DNA of 64,000 nt from Squalus acanthias. Taxonomy: Eukaryota. This document shows, in pieces, positions 13,205-26,510 of the stretch (positions within the stretch are counted from its first letter, which is position 1; every line of letters begins with the position of its first letter). Made by a program: the position numbers and the translations under genes. Under the pieces are notes generated by a model that saw only the letters and a list, made by a program, of their open reading frames with translations, had not been told where the DNA came from and did no database searches. Where the stretch lies: contig CM059431.1 of assembly GCA_030390025.1 (NCBI GenBank), forward strand, positions 156,924,001 through 156,988,000, in the 5' to 3' direction.

Positions 13205-15450
13205 AAGTTTGAGAGTGATGTGTTCGAATCTGAAACTAAGGTCTTCAATTTAAAAAGAGGAAACTACAAGGGTATGAGGGACAAGTTGGCCATGGTATGT
13301 TGGGAGACTACACTAAACGGTACGAAGGTGGAAATACTATGGCTAACATTCAAGGAAAGAATTCATAATTGAAAATAAACACATATTCCTCTAGGGCATA
13401 GAAACCTAAAAGGAAAAGTGATCGAACTATGACTAACAAAAGAAATTAAAGCTAGTATTAAGTCAAAGGAGGAAGCATATCAAGTTGCCAGAACAAGTGG
13501 GATGTTTTTTAGAAATCAGCAAAGGAGGACCAAGAAATTGATTATGAAAGGGAAAATGGAATATGAGCAGAAAATAGCGAAAAATATAAAAACGGATTGT
13601 AAAAGCTTCTATCGGCATGTGAAAATGAAAAGACTGGCGATGGTAAATGTAAGTCCTTTACAGTCAGGGACGGGATAATTTATAATGGGGAATGTAGAAA
13701 TGACAGAGGAATTAATTAAATAATTTGTTTCTGTCTCTTCACGGAGGAATACACAAAAAACCTCCCAGATATACGAGAAAACCAAGGATGTGGCGAGAAT
13801 GAGGAACTTACAAAATTATTATCAGTAAAAAAGCAGTACAGGCAAAATTAACGGGACTAAATGTCGATAAATCCCATGGACCGGTTAAACTACATCCTAG
13901 AGTTTTGAAAGAGGTGGCAATTGTGATAGTGGGTGCATTGGTTGTCATCTTCAAAAATTCTATAGATTCTGGAAATGTTCCTGCAGCTTGGAGGATAGCA
14001 AATGTAACACCGCTATTTAAGAAAGTAAGGAAAAAGAAAACGGGGAACTACAGATCTGTTAGCCTCCCATCAGTAGTTGGGAAAATGCTGGAATCTATTA
14101 TAAAGGATGCAATAACTTCGCAATTAGAAACTATAGTAAGATTTTGCAGAGTCAACAAGGATTTATGAAAGTGAAATCCTGTTTGACAAACCGATTGGGG
14201 CTCTTTGAGGATGTAACTAATGAAGTAGATAAAGGGGAACTGGTAGATGTGGTGTTTTTGGATTTTCAGAAGACCTTGGATAAGATCCCACACGAGAGGT
14301 TGGTAAACAAAATTGGATAACATGGAATTCGGGGTAATATACTCGCATGTATTGGGAATTCTTTAACAGACAGAATACTACGAGTAGGGATATATGGGAC
14401 TTTTCAGGATCCAAGGCTGTGACTGGTTGGCTACCGCAAGGATCGGTGCTTGGAACCCAGCTATTCACAATCTATATCAATGATTTGAATGAGGGAACTA
14501 AATGTAACATCTACAAATTTGCTGATAATACAAATCTAGGTGACAGTGTCAATTGTGATGAGGATGTGAAGAGTCTTCATGCGGATATCGACAGGCCCAA
14601 TGAGTGGGCGACAACATGGCAGATGGAATGTAATGTGGATAAATGTGAAGTTAATCACTTTGGTACAAAAACAAAGGCAGAGTATTACCTAAATGTTGAA
14701 CGATTGGGGGATGCAGACGCTCAAAGGGACCTGGGTGTCCTTGTACATTTGTCACTGAAAATGATTGTGCAGGTGCAGCAAGCCATTCGCAAGGCAAATG
14801 GTATACTGACCTGCATTACAAGAGGATTGAGTACAGGTGTAAAGAAGTGTTGCTCCATTTATATAGGGCCTTGGTTAGAGCACGCCTGTAATACTGTGTA
14901 CTATTTGGATCTCCTTGACTAAGGAGGATATACTTGCCATAAAAGGCGTGCAACGAAGGTTCACAAGATTGATTCCTGCGATGGTGGGACTGTCGCATGA
15001 GAAGAGATTGAGTAAACTAGGCCTGTATTCTCTTGAATTCAGAATAATGAGAGGGATCTCATTGAAGTATACAAAATTATTACATGGCTTGATAGGGTGG
15101 CTGCTGGAAGAATGTTTCCCTTGGCTGGCGAGTCCAGAACTGGGGAACACAGCCTCAGGATAAGGTGTAGACCATTCAGGACATAGATGAGAAGAAATTT
15201 CTTCACACAGAGAGTGGTGAATCTTTGGAATTCTCTAACCCAGATGGTTGTGGAGGCTCAGTCATTGGGTATATTAAAAACAGAAGTCTATAAATTTCTC
15301 ACTAGTAAAGACATCAAGGGATTTGCCGATAGGGCCGGTGAATGGAGATGAGGCAGAAGATCAGCCATGGTCTCATTGAATGTCGAAGTAGCATCGAAGG
15401 GTCGAATGGCCTACTCCTGCTCCTATTTGTTATTATTTTATGTTCTTAAA
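13205..15450 (+). mobile_element. CR1 LINE, 5'-truncated
   Basis: ORFs 13905-14168, 14347-14922, 14915-15163 with RT motifs; 3' tail near 15445. Confidence 0.92.
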
Positions 15451-16017
15451 TATAACCCTCATTTTTGGACCATCTGCAAATCTCGACCAAGATCTATATA
15501 GAAAGTAATAATCCGTGGCCCGAGAGCCGAATCCTGTGAGATACCACCACACTCTTCCAACCACTTGTTTGCCTCAGAAAAAAAGCACACGTTTATGGGA
15601 AACACAATTCAACTTTCAAGTACTTGCAAGAGTTCTGCCAGAGTTTGTCCAATATGTGATAGATAATGCACCAATTTATCCCTTTGGAATATATATTCAA
15701 AATCGGTGGCAGGCACAATATGGTGTTCTTCATTTGATAGTGAAAAAAGGAGGTTTCCAGGTTACGGGGGTCACAAATCACAATATAATGTTTCAACGTG
15801 TTCCTCCTTATCAGTGATACTCTTTTTGCTGAAGAATTGTGGGGAGTGTGGCAAACTCACTCAAATATTTCCAGGAGGATTGGATATCCAGCACTGTGAC
15901 ATTTATTTAATATTGGTGTTAATTGAATAAGGCCCTCGAACGAATATGTGGGCATGGTAGGAAGAGATAATTAGAGTGGAAGGAGGCTCCTATGGAGTGT
16001 AAACACAGCACAGACCA

Positions 16018-16514
16018 CTTTGGCCGAATGGCCTATTTCTCTGCTGCAGTTTAGATGTAATTCTGATCTGGCCCGATCAAAGTCACAAACTATAAACTTG
16101 GTTACAGTGGCCTAAGTGTGCAACCCTTCCTTATCCATCAGTCACCTTTCCACAGCATTCTGTATTATCTCATCTGGCAGCCTTTTCCATGCCCTGGCCT
16201 CCAATGTCCACCGCACCCACCGCCCCCCCCCCCACCCCCCGACCCCATAACACTGCTTCTAGTGTACTTTCTGACCGAGCTCCCCTACCGCAGAGAGCAG
16301 ATCTACAGCAATGTGATGAGTCTCGGCCATCTCTGCCTGTCGTTGGCCATTTCCGAAGCTTTGAGAGCTGCTTCTGCTGCATAATAACCTATTACTTTAG
16401 CACCAGAAGCAGTTTTGATAGGCTAATGTCCGCTATATTGTAGTTTGTGACTTTGAACGGGGCAGATCAGAATTACATCGAACTGCAGCAGAGAAATAGG
16501 CCATTCAGCCAAAG
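16018..16514. repeat. ~75-bp inverted repeat pair (16018-16092 / 16441-16514)
   Basis: ctttggccgaatggcctatttctctgctgcagt..agtcacaaacta and its reverse complement, with few mismatches. Confidence 0.9.
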
Positions 16515-16589
16515 CTGGCGGTGGGTTCAGTGATCTGTGCTGAAACCGCCTCATCATCCACCTACTCTGACTAGACGAGGCTGCATGAT

Positions 16590-19060
16590 AGAATCATAGT
16601 AAGTCACAGTACATAAGGCATTTATTCTGACAATCGTGCCTGTGCCGGTTCTTTGGAAGAGCTATTCAATTATTACCACTGTCCCGCTCATTCCCATAAC
16701 CCTGTAAATGTTTTCCCTTCAAATATTTATTAAATTCTCTTTTTAATTTACAACTGAATCTGCTTCCACCACCCTTTCAGAAGTTGCATTCCAGATCACA
16801 ACAACGCGCTGTGTAAAAAGCTGATTTCTCGTGACAACTCTGCTTCTTTTGCCACACACTTTAAATCTCTGACTTCTGCTTAAGGACCCTTCGGTCACTG
16901 GAAAGAGTTTATCCTTATTTACTCATCAAAATCATTCATGATCTTCATCGGCTCTTAACCTTCTGTGCTCTGAGTAGAACAACTCCAGCTCCTCCAGTCT
17001 CTCCACCTAAATTAAGTCTCTAATCCCGGGTAGAATTCCAGCAAATCACCTCTGCAGCGTTTCCAAGGGTTTGACATCCTTTGTAACGTGTGCTGCCCAG
17101 AATTGAATAAAATATCTCGGCTGAGCCTAAACAGTCTTATATTACGGTTTACCATAACTTCCTTGCTTTTGTAATCTATTCCTCTAGTAATAAAGAAAAG
17201 AATCCCATATTATTTTAATAGCCTTCTCAACTTGTCCTGCCAAATTCAAAGATTTTTGTACATACACCCACAGGTCTCTCTGTTCCTGTGCTTTACCATT
17301 TTTTTATATTGCCTCTCCTCATTCTTCGTACCAAAATGTAGTACTTCAAGCTTCTCCGCGTTAAATTTCATCTGCCTTGTGTCTGCCCATTTCACCAGTC
17401 TGTCTTTGTCATCCTGATGTCTGTTGCTAACCTCTTTATCCTTACTAGATCTCAGATTTTCGTACAATTGCAAACGTAGAAACAATGCCCTGTATTCACA
17501 ATTACTTCTTCTTCTTCTTAGGCAGTCTCTCGGAAACGAGGATGACTTGCTTCCACGCTAAAAATGAGTTCTCAGGTGACTGATGTGTCCAATGCGGGAC
17601 TTACAGTCTCTGTCACTGTTGGGACAGTCGGTGTTTGAAGGCTGGGTGGGAGGGATGCTTGGGTTGACGTGCACTCCTTCCGTTGTTTGCGCTTGGCTTC
17701 CACTCGCTCCCGGCGAAAAGACTCCAGGTACTCGGCGCCTTCCTGGATCCTTCTCCTCCACTTTTTACGGTCTTGGGCCAGGGATTCCCAGGTTTCAAAG
17801 AGGATGTTTCACTTTTTCAAGCAGGCTTTGAGGGTGTTCTTGAAGCGTTTCCTCTGCCCACCTGGGGCTTTCATGCCGTGTCGGAGCACCGAGTAGAGCG
17901 CTTGTTTTGGCAGTCTCGTATCGGGCATGAGGACAATGTGACCCATGCATCGGAGCTGATCGAGCGTGGCCAAAGCTTCGATGATGTGGATGTTAATTTC
18001 CGCTTCCTCCCGGCGGAGAGACTGGAGGTATTCGGCGCCTTCCCAGATGTTTCTCCTCAACTTTCTGCGGTCCAGGGCCAAGGATTCCCAGGTCTCAGTG
18101 GGGATGTTGCACTTTTCAGAGACTCCCCTAGTGGTATAAACGAGCGCCACCTCATGACTCCTCGGCTCACCCTAGCCCGGAATCAGTGCGCTGCAGTCAT
18201 CAGTGCGTACGCCCCAACACTGGAAGCCACAGACGAGAGCAAAGAGGAATTATAATTTAGTCTCGAACAAACCCTGTCCAACGTCCCACCGGGCGACAAG
18301 CTAATCCTCTTTGGCGAATTGAATGCAAGAGTTGGAAAGTACACAGACCTCTGGGGAGGAGTGATCGGCAGTGAGGGCGTAGGGAAAACCAACTGCAATG
18401 GTACCCTCCTCCTGACGAAATGCTCAGAACATGGCCTTATCTTAACCAACATTTTGTTCAGTCAAACAGACAATTACAAGGCTTCTAAGCAGTACCCTCG
18501 CTCTAACTCTGGCATCTGCTGGATTAAGTCATCGTCCGAGCGAAAGTTCACAAGGACGTCTGCATCACGCAAGTACAGGTCATTCATATATATCAAAAGG
18601 AGCAGTGATCGTCATACCGATCTAAGGTGAGAACAACAGAATGCATCCTTCCAGTCTGAAAACAACAACCGTTCACTTATAATCTCTGCTTTCTGACCCT
18701 CGGCCATTTTTCTTTCCATCCTGCCACTGTCAATTTAAACCCATGGGATTTGATTTTGCTGCCATGTCTATTAAGTGGTACTTTGCCAAACGTATTTGGA
18801 AAGACTATACACGCAACACCAACCAGACTGCCCTCAACAACCCTTGCCGTTGCTTCATCAAAGAACTCGATAAAGTTAATCAACAATATTTGCTTTGAAC
18901 AATTCCATGCTGACTTTCATTTATTAGCCCATACTATTCCAAATTCCCAATAATTTTGTTCAGGATTGTTGTCCATAAAAGTTTCCCCACCACAGACGTT
19001 AGGCTGACTGGCCTGTATTTGCCGGATTTAAACCTAACCACTTTTTTAAGCAGGGACGTA
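16590..19060 (-). mobile_element. CR1 LINE fragment interrupted by an RTE insertion (17506-18569)
   Basis: ORFs 17246-17485 (WADTRQMKFNAEK) and 18677-18886 (LINFIEFFDE). Confidence 0.85.
17506..18569 (-). mobile_element. RTE/BovB-like LINE, rearranged: minus-strand 3' end plus an inverted endonuclease piece (~18125-18569, +)
   Basis: RLPKQALY..GGQRKRFK and C-terminal CP..DRDCKSRIGHISHLRTH; (aag)n tail; + strand ISAYAPT..LGELNARVG; flanks caattac/caagtac. Confidence 0.9.
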
Positions 19061-20414
19061 ACATAAGTACATAAGAACATAAGAAATCGGAGCAGGAGTA
19101 GGCCATTCGGTCACTCTAGCCTGCTCTGCCATTCAATGAGATCATTGCTGATTTGATCCTGGCCTCAACTCCGCGATGCTGTATTTTCCCCATATCCTTT
19201 GACTCCCCTATAGCTCTAATAACTGTCTATCTCCCCCTTCATTAAATTCACTGATTCAGCCTCCGCAGCTCTCTGGTGTAGAGAATTCCAAAGATTCACG
19301 GCCCTCTGAGAGCAGAATTTCCTCCTCATTTCCGTCTTAAATGGGCGACCCCTTATCCTGAAACTATGCCGCCTAGTTTTACATTCTCCCACGAGGGGAA
19401 ACATCCTCCCTGTGTCTATCCTGGCAAGACCCATCAGAATCGTATAGGCTTCAATAATATCATCTCTGATTCTTCTAAACTCCAAAGAGTAAAGTCCCAA
19501 ACAGCTCAACTTTTCCTCATAAGACAACACTTTCATCTAAGGAATCAACCTAGTGAACCTTCTCTGAACTGCCTCCAATGCAAGTATATCTCTCCTCAAA
19601 TAACGAGGCCAAAACTGTACGCAGTACTCCAGGCAGGTGTGGCCTCTAAGCGCCCTGTACAGTTGCAGCAAAACTAATTTTATACTCCACCTCCCTTGCA
19701 ATAAAGGCCAACATTCCAATTGCCTTCCAAATTACTTGCTGTACTTGCATGTAAACTATCTGTGTTTCATTTTCCCACATTATACTCCAGCAGCCAAATG
19801 TTTGTCCACTCACTTAGCCTATCTATATACCTTTGCAGACACTTTGGGTCCTCCTCATAACTTGCTTCACCTCCTATGTTTGTAACGTTAGCAAATCTGG
19901 CTACAGCACACTCGTTCCCTTTATCCAAGGCATTAATATAGATTGTAAATAGTTGAGGAGCCAGCACTGATCCCTGTGGCACCCCACTAGTTATAGTTTG
20001 CCAATCTGAAAATGACCCATTTATCCTGACTCTCTGTTTTCTGTTAGTTAGCCAATCCTTATCCTTGCAAATATATTACCCCCAAAACCATGACCTCTTA
20101 TCTTGTGCAGTAACCTTTGATGTGGCACATTATCGAATGCCTTTTGGAAATCCAAATACACTACATCTACTGGTTCCCCTTTATCCACCCTGCTCGATAA
20201 ATCCTCAAAGAACTCTAATAAATACGCCACACACGATTTGCCTTTTATAGAATCATGACTCTGCTTAATTGTATTACGATTTTCTAAATATCCTTCTACT
20301 ACTCCCATAATAATGGATTCCAGCATTTTCCGAATGACAGATGATAGGCTAATTGGCCTACAGTTTACTGCTTTCTGTCTCCCTCCTTTCTCTACTACGG
20401 GCATTACATTTCCG

Positions 20415-20615
20415 ATGTGAGAAGTCGCACAATACCAGTTTATAGTCCAACAGTTTTATTAGAAATCACAAGCTTTCGGAGCGCTGCTCCTTCGTCAGGA
20501 GGAACAGCGCTCCGAAAGCATGTGATTTCAAATAAAACTGTTGGACTATAACCTGGTGTTGTGCGACTTCTCACATTTGTCCACCCCAGTCCTACACCGG
20601 CATCTCCACATCATG
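20415..20615. mobile_element. Penelope-type terminal-repeat fold-back insertion with 12-bp TSD
   Basis: ~80-bp arms form a hairpin over 20415-20576; flanked by attacatttccg at 20403-20414 and 20616-20627. Confidence 0.8.
20470..20498 (-). ncRNA. Minimal hammerhead ribozyme-like core
   Basis: CUGACGA-A-GGAGC(AGC)GCUCC-GAAA-GCUU: both core boxes, stem II and a palindromic AAGCUU at stem III. Confidence 0.55.
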
Positions 20616-21302
20616 ATTACATTTCCGGTTTTCCAATCCGCTGGGACCTTCCCAGAAAATAGGGAATTTTGGAAGATTACAACCAACGCATCCAGTTTCT
20701 CTGCAGTCACTTCTTTTCAGACCCAAGGTGCAGGCCATCAGATCCAGGGGACGTGTCAGCCTTCAGTCCCATTAGTTTGCCTAGTACATTTTCTGTAATA
20801 ATAGATATTGTTTTAAGTTGCCCACTCCCTTTTCCTCTTGTTTATCTGCTATTGTTGTTATGCTTTTAGCGTCTTCTAAAGTGAAGACAGATACAACAAT
20901 TTTGTTGAAAGTCTCTGCCATTTTCTTGTTTCCCGTTATTAATTCCAAAGTCTGTTCCATAAGGGACCAACGTTTAATTTAATTATGCTCTTTCTTTTTA
21001 AGTACTTGCAGATGCTCTTAATATCTGTTTTTATATTTCTTGCAAGTCTCCTCTCATCATCCATTTTCTCCATCTTTCTTATTTTTTTAGTCATCCTTTG
21101 CTGGTTTCTAATATTTTCCCAAACTTCTGGCCTACCACTAACCTTCGCAACATTATATGCATTATCTTTCAATTTGATAACATCGTTAACTTCCTTAGTT
21201 AGCCACGGATGATTCATCCTTTTCGTAGATTCTTTCTTTCTCACTGGAATATAACTTTGTTGAGAGTTTTGAAATATCTCCTGATATGTCTGCCACTGCT
21301 TA

Positions 21303-21675
21303 AAACATAGAAACATAAAAGATAGGAGCGGGCATTCGGCACTCGAGCCTGCTCCACCATTCAATGCGATCATGGCAGATCATGCAAATTCAGTACCCTG
21401 TCCCTGATTTCTCCCCATATCCCTTGATCCCCTTAGCCTTAAGGAATATATCTAACTCCTTCTTGAATCTTTTTAATTAATTGGACTCAACTGTCTTCTG
21501 TGGTAGAGAATTCCACAGATTCACCACTCTCTGGGTGAAGAAATTCCTCCTCATCTCAGTCCTAAATGGCTTACCCCTTATCTTTAGACTGTGACCCCTG
21601 TTTCTGGACACTCCCACCATCGGGAACATCCTTCCTGCATCTAGTCTGTCTAGTCCTATTAGAATTTTATAAGTT
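21303..21675 (-). mobile_element. CR1 3' end
   Basis: aacatagaaacata tail and 3' ORF2 (GRMFP..FFTQRVVNLWNSL). Confidence 0.85.
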
Positions 21676-21677
21676 TT

Positions 21678-22260
21678 ACAAATTGGTGGAGTGTTAAATA
21701 GCGAGGAGGGAAGCCTCAGGCTACAGGACTATATAGACGGGTTGGATAGAAAGGCAGAAAAGAGGCATATGGAATTTAACACTGAGAAGGTTAAGGTGAT
21801 GCATTAAGGGAGGACTAATAAGGCAAGGGAATACACAATAAATAGTAGGACCCTAGGAGGGACAGAGCATCAGAGGGACCTTGGTGTTCATGTACATAGA
21901 TCCCTGAAGGCAGCAGGACAGGTAGATAAGTTGATTAAAAAAGGCATTTGGGATACCTGCCTTCATTAGCCGAGGCTTAGATTATAAATGCAGTGAGGTT
22001 ATGCTTGAGCTGTACAATACGCAAGTTAGGCCACAGCTGGAATACTACGTGCAGTTCTGGTCGCCACACTATAGGAGGGATGTGATTGCATTGGAGAGGG
22101 TGCAGAGGAGAACAACCAGGATGTTACCTGGGCTGGAGCGCTTCATCTATGAAGAGAGACTGGACAGACTGAGGTTGTTTTCCTTATAGCAGAGAAGGCT
22201 GAGGTTGGTCCTGATTGAGGTGTACAAAATTATGAGGGGCATAGATAGGGTAGACAGATA
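21678..22260 (+). mobile_element. CR1 RT C-terminal fragment
   Basis: ORF 22001-22189 (VRPQLEYYVQFWSPHY). Confidence 0.85.
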
Positions 22261-22261
22261 T

Positions 22262-23960
22262 ATTGATATTTTTAGCGTTTTCTACCGTGAAGGCAGATGC
22301 AACAATTTTGTTCAAAGTCTCTGCCAATTTCTTGTTTCCCATTATTAATTGCAAAGTCTCATCCTCGAAGGGATCAACGTTTACTTTAACTATACTCTTT
22401 ATTTTTATATACTTGCAGAAGCACTTACTATCTGTTTTTATATTTCTTGCTAGTTTCTTCTCATGATCCTTTTTTTTATCCCTCTTTCTTTTTTTAATCA
22501 TCCTTTGCTGGTTTCTGCAATTTCACAATCTTCTGGCCTACCACTAATCTTCGCAACATTGTGTGCATTATCTTTCAATTTGATAACATCCTTAACTTCC
22601 CTAGTTAGCCACGGATGGTTAATCCTTCTCGTAGATTCTTTCTTTTTCACTGGAATATATCTTTTTGGAGAGATTTGAAAAATCTCCTTAAATATCTGCC
22701 ACTGCTTATCTACTATCTTACCTTTTAATCAATTTTCCCAGTTAACTTTAGCCAACTCTGTATTCATACCTTTGTAATTGCCTTTATCTATGTTTCAGAC
22801 ATTAGTTTCAGACTCAAGTTTCTCATCATCAAACCATACGGGAAATTCCTACATGTTATGGTTACTCTTCTCTGGAGGATCCTTTACTATGAGATCATTA
22901 ATTAATCCTGTCTCATTTCACATTACCAGATCTAAAATAGCCTGTTCCCTGTTTGGTTCCTCAACGTATTTTTCTGAGAAACCTTCCCGAATACACTCTA
23001 TGAACCCGTCCTTAATGCTGTCTTTGCCAATTTGATTTTTCCAATCTAGATGAAGAATAAAAATGCCCATCATTATCGCAGTACCTGTCTTACAAGCCCC
23101 AATTATTAATTTATTTTTTCTCTGTCCTACAGATTACCTACTGTTAGGGGACCTATAGACTCCGTCCACCAGTGACTTTTTTCCCTTATTATTTCTTATG
23201 TGATTATACATCTTGATTTCGGAGCCAAGATCATTTTCCACTAATGTTCTGATTTCATCCTTTATTAAGAGAGCTACCGCACTTCATTTTACTTTCTGTC
23301 TATCCTTCCAAAATGTCAACTACTCCTGAATATTTAGTTCCCAGCCTTAGTCACCATGCAGCCACGTCTCTGTAATGGTTATAAGATCATATCTATTTAT
23401 TTCTATTGGTGCCGTCAATTCATCTACCTTGTTGCGAATGATCCTTGCATTCAGATAAAGAGCTTTTAATTCTGACTTTTTAACATTTTTCCCTACTCTG
23501 ATCCTATTTGATGGTGCACTCCTATGTTTGTGCGATCTGTCCCTTACTGTCACACTCTGGTTCTTATTCCCCCTATCGCTACTCTGCAGTATTGTTTTGT
23601 TCTTTCTCTTTAACATACTACATTTCCCCTCACCTGAACCCTGCCCCCCACAGAATAGTGTGGAGCCTTATCTACAGCCCTAGTTATTCGATTCCCCAGG
23701 ACACTGGTGAAGATTGTTTCAATTGAATTCCATCCCAACGGAAAAGCTCCTTCTTTCCCCAGTACTCGTGCCAGTGCCCCATAAATCGAAAACCATTTCT
23801 CCCACACCAATCTTTGATCGACGGTTTAAAATCTCTGATCGTATTGACCCTATGCCTATTTGCTCGTGGCTCATATAGTCATCGAAAGATTATTAGCTTT
23901 GTGGTTCTTCTTTTTAATTTAGCTCTTAGCAGCTTATACTCCCTCAGCAGAACCTCTGCA
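22262..23960 (-). mobile_element. CR1 ORF1 end plus endonuclease region
   Basis: ORF 23347-23616 (LKALYLNARIIRNK..ITETWLHGD); esterase remnants at 23610-23960. Confidence 0.85.
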
Positions 23961-24445
23961 GCCCTCCAACCATTTGCAATCCTACAGCACTCTGGTACCA
24001 GCCCCATTTCCAAGGAGGATTGGAGGATTTTAGCAAGAGCCTCTGCAATTTTCACCATTACTTCCCTCAGGAACCGAGGCTGCATCCCATCTGGACCGCG
24101 TGAATTCACTACTTTGAGGACTGCCAAACATTTAAGTATCTCCTCTTTACCTGTTTTCTTATTATCCAATATCAGTACAGAGAAGATACAGATTTAAGTT
24201 AATTGGGAAAAGAACCAGCTTAGAATTTTTTTTAGGCATCGAGTTATTATCAGAAATACAATGCCTGAAAGGATGGTGCAAGCACATACTTCAAAGGGAA
24301 TTGGATAAATATTCAAGGGGAGAAAATTATGGGGCTCTGGGGACAGTGCACGCGAGTGGGAATGATTGCATTGCTCTTTCAAAGTGACGGTACAGATACG
24401 ACGGACCGAATGGCTTCCTTCTGAGCGATATGATTCTATTATATC
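23960..24445. mobile_element. CR1 RT fragment (-) followed by a CR1 3' end (+)
   Basis: NSRGPDGMQPRFLRE on the minus strand; ggaccgaatggcttcc 3' UTR motif on the plus strand. Confidence 0.7.
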
Positions 24446-24459
24446 GACCTCCAACTCTG

Positions 24460-25285
24460 TGTTCATTAGCGTGTTATAAACGAGAAATATACTTGAATAC
24501 TATTTAAAGTACTAGAATTTTAGCGTGCGAAATTGCATTTGGAAGTTGTATTCTGTTAAATGTCGCAACTCCCAGTAAAATAATTTCTGAAAGAAAACAT
24601 CATTTGCAACCTAGTTCATATCGTTCAAACACTATACAAATAATAGACGATTTCGCTACATTAAAAAACTGCAGTTGTGCTCAGTATATTCCGTGTCCTT
24701 ACCTTGTGCTGCGGCTCCTGATTATGGTTCCACAGAGTCCGGGTAATTTAGCGTTGTTATTCCTGCTGGTTAATGAACACACCCCGGGTAAAGATCAGTT
24801 ATACAGCACAGACATAAGCCCGACCTTCAGCATGATCAGTACAATCCCACGCCACCCTGCTCTCTTGTGCTGGGATCGATCGTAATCACACATGGTCTCA
24901 TTCAAATTGAAAAGTTCTGATAAACTGCTGACTTTGAACTGAAGTAATTAATCCTCTGTCTGGTAACAATGACATTTCCCAACAACTCTTCCATCTGAGG
25001 TTCAGAAGACCCCGCAGTGAATTTTTGATCTGCAGCGGGCATCAGTTTTGTATCCTCACTTATATTTCATTATTCAACATAAACATTCTTTATTATCGGA
25101 CCAGAGAAGGGCTGAGATGGCAAGGGACAAAGATCGCTGATTATAATCTCCGGAAAATAGCCTCTAGTTAATGATTAACAGTCTGGGCCTTGATGAGCAA
25201 TTTCACAGCCGTGAGTATCAGGCTCTGGATTTCAGTAACAGGAACTGAATCAGCCAATGTGGGCGGTAAACAAGTGAAAATCAGC
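24460..25285 (-). other. Non-repeat block, copy 2; candidate promoter plus non-coding first exon (donor ~24703)
   Basis: Homologous to 5870-6560 and 12375-12505; conserved AG|GTAAGG donor. Confidence 0.45.
25167..25179. promoter_or_regulatory. Perfect HNF1 consensus GTTAATGATTAAC
   Basis: Exact match to GTTAATNATTAAC; a FOX-type GTAAACAA lies nearby at ~25266. Confidence 0.4.
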
Positions 25286-26510
25286 CTACTGACTCCCACA
25301 GCTACCTTGACTACACTCCTTCCCACCCCGCTTCCTATAAGGACTCTTTTACATTCTACCAGTTTCTCCGTCTCCGCCGCATCTCCTTTGAGTATGCCAC
25401 GTACCATACTAGTGCTTCCGACATGTCTAGCTTTTTCCTCAAGCAAGGATTGCCCTCTACATTGTGCTGACACGGCCCTTGGCCGTGTCCGTTCTAATTC
25501 CCGGAAATACTGCTCTGACCCCTGCCCCTCCGTCCCGGATCCATGATAGGGTCCCCTTGTCGTCACTTTTCACCCCACCAGCCTCCACATTCAACGGATC
25601 ATCCTCCGCCATTTCCGCCACATCCAACGTGAACCCACTATCAAAGACATCTAGCCCTCACCGCCCCTTTCAGCATTCCGAAGGGACGGCACCCAACGCG
25701 ACACCCTGGTCCACTCCTCTATTGCCCTCAACACCCCTTCTCCATCGCCCAGCACTTTCCAGTGCAAGCAGAGGAGATGCAACATATGCCCTTTTACCTC
25801 TTCCCTTCCCACTGCCCAGGGCCTCAAACACTCCTTCCAGGTGAAACAGCGATTTACATGTAATTCTTGCATTTTATTGTACTGTATTCGCTGCTCACGA
25901 ATAAGACTCCTTTACATTCTGGAGACGGATCACAGATTGCGGAACAGCTCCGTTCAGTACATAAGGGTGACCCCGAACTTCCGGTCGCCTGTCACTTTAA
26001 TTCTCCACTGAGACTGCGCCGTCCTCGGCTTATTACGGAAGCTCGAGGACAAGCACCTCATTTTTCAATGAGACACTTTTACAGCCTTCTGGACTCAACA
26101 TCGAGTTCAACAATTTCAGAATATAAGTTCTGCCCCAATCGTTTTTTTTTACATTTGTTTTTCTCTCTCCCAGATGGCAGCTTTCTTTCATTCTGCCATC
26201 GCCATTTACACTTCATTTTGAGACAACTTTTGTTTCTTAACTTGCCCCATTACCATCTCCTTTTGCCTTGCACCATCTTCTCCTTTGTCTCTTAATCTCC
26301 CCTGCCTTCCATCCTATCACAGATCTTCCCTTTTGTTCTTTCTACCCTCCCCCATATTCCTGCCCCTACACTTGCTAAAAAACCTGTCCCATCTCCAGCT
26401 TTTTTCCAGTTGAGACGGACGGTCATCGAGCTGAAACGTTAACTCGGTTTCTCTCCCCACAGATGCTGCCTGACCCGCTGAGTATTTCCAGCATTTTCTG
26501 TTTGTATTTC
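25286..26510 (+). mobile_element. Penelope-like element, 3' part (RT C-terminus, GIY-YIG region, terminal repeat)
   Basis: SYLDYTPSHPASYKDS..QFLRLRRI; IK(Q)RFTCNS-like and PVACHFNS motifs; TSD aaaatcagc (25277-25285) / aaaatctgc (26511-26519). Confidence 0.85.

Larger units (their letters stand above)
19060..21300 (-). mobile_element. CR1 LINE, 5'-truncated
   Basis: ORFs 19216-19536, 19767-19982, 20048-20404, 20939-21373; aacataag tail at 19060. Confidence 0.92.
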
